From assembly GCA_000165425.1 (NCBI GenBank), contig CT868661.1:186001-219421 (forward strand): DNA of 33,421 nt. The letters are read 5' to 3'. A program made the translations under genes and the position numbers. This DNA comes from Paramecium tetraurelia. Taxonomy: Eukaryota. Under the pieces are notes generated by a model. The model made no database searches, was not told the DNA's origin, and was given only the letters and a program-made list of their open reading frames with translations. The stretch's first letter is position 1. Every line of letters starts with the position of its first letter. Positions 1 through 9,736 of the stretch are shown here, piece by piece.

Positions 1-358
1 AATGGGCAAAAAACCTAAGTCTTACAGTCAAAAGGAAGAACCCTAAAACCAATTCAAATAAAAATAATATGTACAATAACAACAGGTAGAAGATAATGAT
101 AGTAATGATCTGGATGACATATTGGATTTTATAACCACTGAAAACAAACCTCTGCCTTCCAAATAATCTAGTTAGTCTTCCAAAAACTTAGAATATGGAG
201 AATATGTTCCCTCAATTCCCTAAAATAGACAACCCAGGAATCTCTAATCAAGTCAAATACAAGAATAACAAAAGAAAGACAATAATTCAATCTATGATTT
301 TAGCCATTTACAAAGTTTCAAACCTGCAAAAATGCCTAATACAAATTCTAAATATTGA
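1..358 (+). CDS. 3' part of a low-complexity Q/N/S-rich hypothetical protein (probably truncated by window edge)
   Basis: Frame starting at nt 2 is open under the ciliate code (MGKKPKSYSQKEEPQNQFKQKQ...PAKMPNTNSKY) to TGA 356-358, followed by AT-rich 3' sequence. No recognisable domain. Confidence 0.7.
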
Positions 359-423
359 TCAGTGATTCTAGATTTTTTTGCTTAAGTTATATAATGTTTC
401 AATAAATAAAAATATTTATCTTT

Positions 424-1029
424 TCATTTGAAATTCTGAATTTTCTTTGTATTCACAATCTCTCCTTCTTTCGAAAACAATATTAATAAAAATTATTTGT
501 TAACCTCTAAAGATAATCTTATTTTTCTGTACAATTAAAACCATTAGCAATCCACACAATAATCGACCAAATACAAAGAGTGTTTATGTTCCAAATCCTT
601 TTTATCATAAAATACCAGAGGAACTCCAAATATTCTACCTGACTCAATTATATATTGATTCGAATATTTTGAATAAATTTTTAATTCTAATTAATCAACA
701 TACTTATTTGCAATCAAAAGTTTGGTCAACTATCCTAAAGTTATTTCCTTATTGTATATTGCAAAATTTATCAATCTTAAATATTCCTATGAGTAATTTC
801 GTTATTGTTTATTTAACTCTACAAATTATAGCTATTATTCCATTAAACTCTTATCTATTTCTACAATCTAAGGTTTATCAACTACCTCCGCACTAACATT
901 CATTAATTCATCATAAAAATCTGGCTCTAATAAAATGATTTAGTGTTCTGGGAATTCATTGATGAATTTATTAAAAGTCCAAACCTCATCTTAGTTAAAA
1001 AAGAAAGAAAAATTAGCATAAAATTTCAT
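424..1029 (-). CDS. tRNA-intron (splicing) endonuclease catalytic subunit, Sen2/Sen34/EndA-like, 201 aa, intronless
   Basis: 606 nt from ATG to TGA. The C-terminal part YIIESGRIFGVPLVFYDKKDLEHKHSLYLV...WFQLYRKIRLSLEVNKQFLLI matches the EndA pattern SG-x2-(F/Y)G-x4-5-Y...HS-x-YLV...R-x4-V-x-K-x-LL, with the Tyr/His/Lys triad present. Confidence 0.75.
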
Positions 1030-1108
1030 TATATATATTTAAATTTCTGAATAATTTGAAATAAAGGATTATAAGCAATGGAATATTTAGTAAGTAAATT
1101 TATAATAA

Positions 1109-2119
1109 TCAATTACTTAAGAAGAATTATTTTAAGTATCTAGAAACATTATGTTTTAAAATTGATACTTAAAAATCCTTATCTTACAATCTTTATTTTA
1201 GACTCATTTAGAAAATAGTTTCATTTGTTAAGTAGTTTAATTTGTCAATAATCTATGGATTTAGTTAGGATTTTTAATTAACATTTTCAATAAATTGCTT
1301 AATTTTGCTATAATTCTATCCCAAATCAAATACAGAATTGGTTTTGGGAATTTCAGATTTAGATTCTTATTATTACTAACAAACGGAATTCTAATTACTT
1401 TTTCCTTCTTCAACTTTTATCAAATCTTCTAACTTAGTTAATTGTTAAGCTTTTTTTAGTTCTTTTAACTTTCTTTTCTCTTACTTACCTAGACTAACTC
1501 CATCTAATTTCAACTTCTATTAAATTAATTATAAGCTCATATTGATTCCTCTAGCGATGTTTTCAGGAGCTTTTTCATCAGGATGATTCTCTGAAGAGAT
1601 TGTCTATTAAACATTATAACACCCAGTTTAGAGTTCTTCCAATTATGATAAGATCTCCTGTTACAATCTTCTTTTGAGTTGTTTTTCTTCCTTTCTACTC
1701 AGATCTTTTTCTTCGGTATACATCTAAAATATTTTAATAAGTTTGTAAACATACTTTAGAATGTTTAATATTAATGAATTCCTGGTTCGGTCTGCCCAAA
1801 GGGTCTATAACAATTATTTTAATGTGTGAGTCGATTTCAACTCTTTCTCTTCTGCTCGTCTTCTTCTCTCTTCTGCCTTCTTGCTCGTAAGTCTGTAAAA
1901 TTGCCTTACATGTACAGGCCTTCGTTTTAAACATCTCAGCTACCTTCAAATATTTAAAAATTCATTTACATTACATAATGACAGTTTTTCAACTGTCAAA
2001 GCATGAAGAATTAGAGATCGAGTCTCTTGGGATATTTTTTGATAAGGTCTTTTTGGTTTGTTGGCTTCAAACGTCGATTAAATAGACTAATTCGGGAATT
2101 GTTCAGCGTGTTGTTCCAT
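1109..2119 (-). CDS. Hypothetical protein with N-terminal helix-turn-helix (homeodomain-like/paired-like) DNA-binding module, ~317 aa
   Basis: ATG 2119; introns 1944-1969 (26 nt) and 1724-1754 (31 nt); TGA 1109-1111; spliced length 954 nt. N-terminal KRPYQKISQETRSLILHALTVEKLSLCNVAEMFKTKACTCKAILQTYEQEGR has HTH spacing; the rest is coiled-coil-like. Confidence 0.75.
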
Positions 2120-2564
2120 GGGAAATGAGAAATATAATATACTAATTATTTATTCGGAATCTTTTTTCCAAACCATATAAATTTTTTTCTAATTTAGATT
2201 TGATGATTGCTAATAAATTATAATGTTTTATGAATTTATTTTAGAATTTAAATTTATTTATTATTTTCTTCTGAAATTATTATATTATTTTCTCAGAAGA
2301 GAACACATCTACAATCCGAAACCCTAAAGATGATAAAATATTTAAATATTTTATAATCTACTATTTCAAATATTAACTTTTTCTATTAAAACAACTTTTT
2401 ATTCGCTTTTCAAGACTAAACTTTTTTCATTTAAAGAAGAAATAAATTAATTTTAATTAGGAAATACATTTGAATAAGTGCTAACCCTCGAAAAATAAAG
2501 GAGAGAATAATAGTTGTTAGATAAAATAAATATTTAAATAAGAGCTTAAAATTAAAATTTATAC

Positions 2565-3630
2565 TCAGTTGATTCTTCCCTTCATGTAATTAGAAGCACC
2601 TTCTAATTTTGTAGCAAGAATTGATTCCACTTAATCTAATGATGCTAATTTCAGTAGTTCTTTGTTCGGTATCTCTTGCATATAAAGATCTCCAATTATC
2701 ACATTGAGCTTCTTTCTACTTCTTTCCATTAGTAGCAGATTCCAATTCTCTTCCTGCATCATACTTTCTCTTTTTAGCAGCAGCCAACATATTTTCAACC
2801 TATCCAATCTTATTTTCAGCCTCAGCCTTTGCAGATTGAATGGCTTCTCTCTATTCTTAGATTGAGTAGATTTGAGCTTCATAATTGAGTTAGGATTGAA
2901 TCTCCTCTTCTCTGTCATCAATCAAGGCTTATTCCAAGGAAGCTCTCAATTCACCAATTTTAGCTTGAACACTTTGTAATTTCTCTGCAGAAAATGTTGA
3001 AGCCAACTAAACCAGAGCGAGGATAGGATTCTCTCCGCCTACTCTTTCTAATTCGGCAAGTACAACTTCAGCATCAGCTTCAGGTTGAATAGCACTTAAT
3101 TTGGCAGCAATAACATCAAGAGCCTCAACTACTTTAGGTGTTTAAATTTCTCTTTCTTGATAAGCAGCATGATCTTCAGCTCTTTGTTCTCTCAATTATT
3201 CTTCTTATTGATTAAGGATATTTAATTAAACTACTTGATTTTCAATTTCTTATTATAAAAGTTCAAGATCAGCTGTGTATTTATTGATATCCATAGTTGC
3301 TTCAGTGATTTCATTTGAAGCGAATTCAATTCTTCTATTGTATCCATAAATTTCAGCTTCACAATCAGCCTCTTAAGCAACATGCACTAATTCAGCATTT
3401 TATTATTAAAGAACTAAATTCTCTCTTAAATCTTGGAGCATTTTAGCGATGTCAGATAATGGTGATTGATTTCTCATTTAGATAGCAATTGTATCAAGTA
3501 TCTTTTTTCCTAAAGGATGATCTTCAAGGTTTTCAAGTTAGGCAAATACTGCGGCATGTGGATCTGAAGCGTGTTTAATCAAAACTGATTGTGTGAGTGC
3601 TATCAATGCTAAACAGATTGCAAACTTCAT
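2565..3630 (-). CDS. Trichocyst matrix protein (TMP/GRL family) precursor, ~354 aa; one extra base near 2633-2634 shifts the last ~22 codons
   Basis: Signal peptide MKFAICLALIALTQS, then LEDHPLGKKILDTIAIQMRNQSPLSDIAKMLQDLRENL and acidic coiled coils with the two TMP-type Cys (EADCEAEI, EAQCDNW). The span is 1066 nt (3n+1). Removing one A restores ...EISIIRQVESILATKLEGASNYMKGRIN-TGA. Confidence 0.88.
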
Positions 3631-3896
3631 TTTTTAATAGTGATAATCAAGCGATGTCGTTTTTTCTTCAAAGCAATCTGTTAGTTTACTCTAAAGTTTT
3701 ATTAATTTATTATATGGAATAGTTCTTTCGATAAGAATAATTCTATAACTTTTCCAAAAGCTAAATGAATTTACTTGACCTTTATTTTGCTCAAATTATT
3801 TAATAAAATAATCAATTAAAAATTCTAGAAAAAATTTATACACTTAATAATAATTAATTAATATAATATAAAACAACCCATATTCAATATTCACAA

Positions 3897-4057
3897 TCAA
3901 AAAAGAGTACGATTTTTCTTATTTTTATATTGTCTCCAATCTTTAAGCCCTTTAATGGAAGAATCAGATCTATTCAACTTCTGTCTATCAAGGTTTGTTA
4001 TTGGCTTTAAAATATCATAAATGTGTCTTTATTTGAATTTGTTCTGTTTTTACCCAT
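3897..4057 (-). pseudogene. Possible small gene or remnant needing one added base just after the ATG (MG-QKQNKFKQRHIYDILKP...RTLF)
   Basis: ATG at 4057 follows AT-rich upstream DNA. A ~52-codon open frame is offset by one base and ends at TGA 3897-3899; the span is 3n-1. Confidence 0.25.
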
Positions 4058-4131
4058 AATAAAATATATATAAATATAATAATTGGGGAATATTGTATGT
4101 TTTTATTATACAATTAATATTATTAAGCTCA

Positions 4132-5441
4132 TCATTCTGCTTAGGCAGCTCCCTTTTGAACTGAGAAATATTTAACTTTGATGTCTTGTTCCTCTTAGAC
4201 GGCAGCCTTAGTAGCATCGCTTAAGGAAGCAGCAACTTTGTTGAAAGCAGCTTTTGAGGCCTTCTTAAGTGCCTTATTCTAAGGGAAATATAACGATTAA
4301 TGAATACCTTCTTGATCTTCTTGGTTCCTTTGGTGTTGGCTTTGATGGCAGCAACGGCAGCAGCTCTTTGTTTTTTAGCATATGGGTTCAATCTGTCCAT
4401 AGCCTTGGTGTTCTTCAATGGGTTCTTCTTTTAGACATCATGGAGGACTTTGGTTGTCTTGGCTGGTTGAACCTTCTCTTACACTTAGTTGGAGTTGATG
4501 ATTCTAGCCAAATCTGGGTTGGTGAGGAGTGGTCTCAACAATTGATATCCGTCCTTGAGAACTGAAGCATATCTGTATGTTCCGAACAATTTATCGAGGT
4601 GAGCGAAGGCACTTTATGTCCAAATGACGAATCTTCCCAATTGACCTCCTGGAGCAAGTTAGAGGAGATTTAATCTGGTGACATTGACGACTTCAACTCC
4701 TGGGACATCTAATGGATTTATCGATGAATATAATTACTTCTGAAGGCTTTCAACAATTTGGCATTCTCGTTGAAGTAGACAACCAATGGTCCCTTTCTGA
4801 CTCTGTATTTCTTTCCTCTTTATTTGCTGATTCCAGCTCTGACAACTTTGGTGGAAACAACCTTTTAGACATCTTCAAAAGCACCGAATCTCTTCAAGAA
4901 ATTGAGAGCATCAGTAGTCTTTTCATATGATTCAATCTTGTCTTCAACAACGAGTGGGATTTATGGGACTTAACTGATTCTGTGACCTCTAGCCAATACC
5001 AATGGGACAATTCCTGTGGCTGCAACAGCTGTAGCAGCAGCATGTCTCTTTTATTTGATATTGACTCTTCTGTGCCATCTTCTCCATACTTTGATTGGTA
5101 AACTCATTCTTCCCTTTCTGCATTGGTTACCAAAGGCGGCTTGGCCAGATCTGTGTGTTCCTGATCCAGAAACTCTTGGAATACGAGCTACGGCTCTACC
5201 AGTACCCCAGGATTCAGCACTGTGTTACATACCGGCTTATGGGTTGACAGCGTGAGCTATAATGGAAGTTTATCATAAGTCACATACCTTGTCTTCTGTT
5301 CTTGGCAATGTTAGTATGAACGAATGAGACGATATCTGGTCTAATTGGTGTTTGGAACACAGCTGGGAGTGGGATGTGTTTGGCTGTGACCTTGGTTGAG
5401 TCGTCGGCTGAAAAAACTGATACTAAAGGAACGGATGTCAT
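4132..5441 (-). CDS. RPL4: 60S ribosomal protein L4 (uL4), 406 aa
   Basis: Conserved [40 protein letters not shown] and [19 protein letters not shown]. Introns 5257-5287, 4709-4737 and 4279-4307. Spliced length 1221 nt; tandem TGA TGA. Confidence 0.98.
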
Positions 5442-5759
5442 TTCTTAAGATATTTTTTTAAATAAAAAATTTTGGTTTTTAAATTCTTATCATTGATTAA
5501 TATATGCTAACAGTTTATATACATATTCATATAATCATTTACTTGAACCTCACTCAATCACTCAGAAATTATTAAATCTTTTGAATCCTCACATTCCTAA
5601 TGTGGGGTATAAAGTCATTTATGAGAATTTAAATATTTTCAAACGAATTTCTTTATATTATATAATATCTGTTATTTTAACTAATTAATGATTATGATTA
5701 TATCCTAAAAACAATTAGAATCAAATTCATCCAATATTAAAATTTATTTAAAATGAACA

Positions 5760-7240
5760 TCATAATTAATCATTATTCATAGCATTGTAGGAAGTTTAAA
5801 ACACTCTTTCTCCATCCTCTTCGAAATGGTGCATTCTCAAATCCTTTTGTAATTGAGGGTCCAACTTATTAGGTGAACCCTGTTTGGTTCCATATTACGA
5901 ATTATGAGTATCATAGGTGCCTAACTAACTGCCATAAACGAAATGCTATCTTCTTAAATCTTTGAGTTGTTCTTCACTCAAAGTATTAGGATTTGGAGTA
6001 ATTTGACTTATTTTTTGAGGGTATTCTATAGGGTCAGTTCCCAATTGGAAATGGTGCTTCCTTAAATCCCTAATTTGATTTTTATCCAATTTAAATTAAT
6101 CCACTTTTTCTGGCATTTAGTAACTAAAATATTGATAGAAATTACTTTCTATTGTTTTCAGTATTGTATTCTACTTGTTCATCTCCAAATTTGATAGCTG
6201 AGATTCTAGGATCTTTGGCAAGCTCAGGTTTTTGAGTATTTGGATTGACGTAATTGGTTCCATAACTAGTTTGATAATATCGATCATTCAAGAATCCATG
6301 TGTACCTATAGTCAATGAACTGGTTGGTAAGTTTGGTTAAGATACAGCAATGGCTGTTTTTTAGAACATCGATTATTTCGTTGTTTGGGGCATATCTGAT
6401 TTTTGATAAGCAAAATCAAAATGCGCTGTTCTTAAATCTAATAAGACTTCTTTATTGACTCTGATGACTTCCTTATTCTATTATCCTTAGAAGGCATCTT
6501 TATTCTGTGAACTCTTGACTGTAGGATCTTCACCCAAGACAAGATGAGATTCTTTGAGAAATTTCTCCAGATTTCCTTTAACATTGATTTTCGGATTCTA
6601 TTATCCATCATGATATCGAATGTAATTGGTAGTGTAATCTATTGGATTCTAAGATGACCGATAATTGATACATTCCCAATAGTGATGTTAGTCTTACGGA
6701 TATCAGGAGCATGATATTCTTCTTTTTCAACTTTATATTCTTTGTTTGTATCTTGATATGTAGTAGTAAAGTAAGTTTTCAGATCTCCAAAATCATGATG
6801 ATGTTTACGAATATTTACTTATTGTTTTTTTTGAATATCCAACGGTTAATTCTTATATTATTAGTATTCAGTCTCACTAGGCACACTATGGAATCCCAAT
6901 TTAAAATGATGACTGCGTAGATCCTTCTAGGTTTCTTCAGACAGTTGTGCTTTTTATGATTCTTTTGGATTAAATGATAATTTTGCAATAGATTAATAAT
7001 TGACATTGTCTTCTCCCAATTCAAAATGTGCTTTTCGAGGATTTGCAATGTATGCTTCAAAATGTTTAGCTTCTTCAGTTGCTGGTAATACCTTATCTGG
7101 TTTTTTGGCAATGTAGTCATCCAAGTAGTTCGTGCTACCAGAAGCTAACAAGTAATGCAATTGATCATACATTTATCAAAACCAACTGCGAAGTGAGCCA
7201 TCCTAAAATCATTCATTTGTTTCTTGATATTGTTACTCAT
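5760..7240 (-). CDS. Tandem-repeat protein (~12 x DLR-x-HHF-x-LG...Y-x-T-x-Y units), candidate microtubule-binding/ciliary inner protein, ~469 aa
   Basis: ATG 7240; introns 7145-7170, 6649-6671 and 6124-6145; TGA 5760-5762; spliced 1410 nt. Repeats include DFRMAHFAVG, PRKAHFELG, DLRSHHFKLG, DLRTAHFDFA, DLRKHHFQLG, DLRRQHFVYG and DLRMHHFEE. Function is inferred. Confidence 0.8.
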
Positions 7241-7302
7241 TATATTAAAGTTAGAGAATAATTATTATATATTAAATTTATATTTGTTGTTTTAATAATG
7301 TC

Positions 7303-8246
7303 TCATTAAGTTTGTCCAACTAGTGCTTCAGCAGCCTAAGGCACATCATCGACAGAGGCTTGTGATTCTGAACTTTATGTTTCTGTTTATTGAATTTCAG
7401 GAGTTTCAGATTATTATTCTTATGATTATTATTATTCTTATTATTAAGCATCAACTTCTACTTATTATTATTATTCTTAAACTTATTCTTATACTTACTC
7501 AGTTGATTATACTTATTATTCTTATTAGACTTAGTCAACATTCACTTATTATTCTTTTTAGACTTATGGTACTTCAATTTATTCTTAAACTTCTTCGGCC
7601 ATTTATGGTTATGTGGCAGTTGTCTCATCACCTTATCAATAGAATTGAGAATAATACTTGATGCATTATCGGATCCAGCCAATGATTATGATGGTTTTGC
7701 AATGAATACATCTTTTTATGTGTCAGCCATAACAAGTGGTTCTGTTAAACACTTTTCACTTGTCAAGAAAGCTACTTATTCATCTCTAGTAGAGTCTAAG
7801 GTAGTGAATTGTTATCTAAAATGAATAAGATGATGTTACCCAATTGGAACATAAATGGAGAAGACTGGGATTTGGAAGTTCATGGCATCCTCAGCCTTGC
7901 ATACTTTTCCTGATGTGCCTTTGAAATCGCATGCAGAGTAAAGTACAACACAATCTCCAGTGGCAGGTAAATCTTTTTCATATTAAGCAGCCAAAAAGAC
8001 TTAGGATTGATCAGCACTAGTTAAGGATGATTAGTTTTCATCTTCATAATTGAATCCAGATTCATATTGTTTGGCAGGTTCTGAATTTTTAGCTAGTTCC
8101 TCCTCTGTAAACAATGAAGATTATTGGGCGAAGACTGTGATTTACATGTAGGGCTTTTCCTCATCCTCCAACAATACAGCTGGTTCGTCTAAAAACTTGA
8201 CTGCCTTGATAGCAACAATCAGCAATAAAATGTGAGATGCACGCAT
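7303..8246 (-). CDS. Secreted protein with beta/gamma-crystallin-like domain and Q/E/V-rich C-terminal tail, ~297 aa
   Basis: Signal peptide MRASHILLLIVAIKA; GDCVVLYSACDFKGTSGKVC...VFSIYVPIG fits the Greek-key Y-x4-F-x-G motif. Introns 7816-7839 (24 nt, uncertain) and 7632-7657 (26 nt); TGA 7303-7305. Confidence 0.75.
7395..7590 (-). repeat. Coding low-complexity TAA-rich repeat (QEQQV/QQQ) within the crystallin-like gene
   Basis: Repeated ttattattctt units on the + strand equal TAA GAA TAA TAA (Gln-Glu-Gln-Gln) on the - strand. Confidence 0.8.
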
Positions 8247-8770
8247 ATTTATATATAATATTAAAAACGAATTAAACAATTTATAATAATTCAATTTGAA
8301 CCTCCTACTTTCTAATCATATTGGATATATATATACATATAAATAATTTTAAATATCATCATACACTAAAGACGTCCTCTATTTTCAACTCTCTCTACTC
8401 CTTAATCCTAGTAAGATTTCTGCATTTATTAAATGGAATTCTTGATTATGCATTTTTATTTCGATCTTTTAATCTTAACTTAATTTAAATCCAATAACTA
8501 GTATTTCATCAGTATTTTGATATTGTCTCTATTATGAACGTTAGAAAAATCACCCTCATTATATTTAACAAGGTCATTTGAATAAATATCTAGATATAAT
8601 CTAATTGTCAAGAAAATTAAATCTTTGAATTTTTTTGATATTCAATTACAACATGGCAGCATCTTTGAGAAAAAGTCATTTCCTGAATTAAAGATTTCAT
8701 TCTTGAATCATCTGAATCAGATCATTAATAATTTATTATTTAAACTTAAATTACAATAGATATTTATTTA

Positions 8771-9193
8771 TCATTTCTTCTACTACTCCAAACCCTACTT
8801 GATACGAGGTACCAACTCCTCTATTATTAAAATATGATGAGAATTCCATACCTCTCACTTGTCTTGCCTTCTCTCTTATTTACTACATATTCTTGCTCTT
8901 GGCATTGGCTCTGATCTTCTTGAACATAGGTGCATATTTGAACACATCGGGAATCACAACAAATCTAATCTAACTGCCTCTCAAATAGACTTATTCTAAA
9001 GACATTGGTCTTCCATCTCGAGTGACCATCTGCACTTCATCCAATCGGACATTCATTGTATCCTTGCTTTAATATTTGTGGTTACTTCAGCCTCTGCCAT
9101 GTATCCAGTGAACATCTCGCCTGTTTTGAGTTCGACTGTAACAATGTGATGAGCAGCTTCATGCATGATTTTGAGAGGGACACCCAAAGACAT
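8771..9193 (-). CDS. SNRPD3: Small nuclear ribonucleoprotein Sm D3, 122 aa
   Basis: MSLGVPLKIMHEAAHHIVTVELKTGEMFTGYMAEAEDTMNVRLDEV...[27 protein letters not shown]. Introns 9063-9085 and 8821-8851; spliced 369 nt. Confidence 0.95.
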
Positions 9194-9267
9194 TTAATTA
9201 TATAATATTTAATATTAGTATAAATTTACTTTTATATATATATAAATAAATAAAAAGATTTAAAGAA

Positions 9268-9671
9268 ATGGACAACAAGAAATCGTTATACGATAGATTT
9301 GGAGGTGATCAACAAGTGTCTGAATTGATCGATTAATTCTATTACAAAGTCCTGTTTGATAAGTTGTTAAGAGACAAGTTCTTGAAAGCTGATATGAGTC
9401 GTGTTAGATATCAATAGAAGAGATTCTTTTCTCAAATGATGGGCGACAAGAATACTTAATACACTGGCAAGTATATATAATCTAAGAACCCATTAGAGAT
9501 TTAGTGGAAGTTCATAAAGACTTGAATATTACAAATTAGCAGTTTGATAAATTTAAAGTGCACCTCAAAAACATCGCTCAGGACATGGAAGTAAGTGGAG
9601 CTGATTTAGAAGAGTTACTCGATCACGTTGAAAAACACAGAGATCAAATAGTATTTAATAAAGCAGCATGA
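9268..9671 (+). CDS. Group I truncated (2/2) hemoglobin, 125 aa
   Basis: SLYDRFGG...DQFYYKVLFDKLLRDKF...RYQQKRFFSQMMG...YTGKDLVEVHKDLNITNQQFDKF, with the GG motif, B10 Tyr, CD1 Phe and F8 His. Intron 9471-9496; TGA 9669-9671. Confidence 0.93.
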
Positions 9672-9736
9672 TTGAAACATGACAAGATAAGTATAAATAA
9701 GCCAATTCATAATTCTACTTTATTATTATATATATT

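Noticed and set aside
1109..2119. Tc1/mariner transposon
   Set aside because: Only an HTH-like segment is present. I saw no DDE/DDD domain and no terminal inverted repeats, and the gene has normal introns.
2319..2328. AAACCCTAAA telomere/telo-box-like words (similar near 41 and 20916)
   Set aside because: Single isolated copies, not tandem C3A3/C4A2 Paramecium telomeric repeats.
5552..5592. Box C/D snoRNA guiding 5.8S rRNA upstream of RPL4
   Set aside because: No good box C, and the apparent complementarity has several mismatches in AT-rich sequence. Only the hairpin is reported.
7395..7590. CRISPR-like or non-coding tandem array
   Set aside because: It is in-frame Gln/Glu-rich coding sequence; there is no repeat-spacer structure and the DNA is eukaryotic.
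8340..8725. Gene between the crystallin-like gene and SmD3
   Set aside because: A ~100-codon open stretch exists on the - strand, but I could not obtain a consistent start, intron and stop model or any motif. It may be a remnant.
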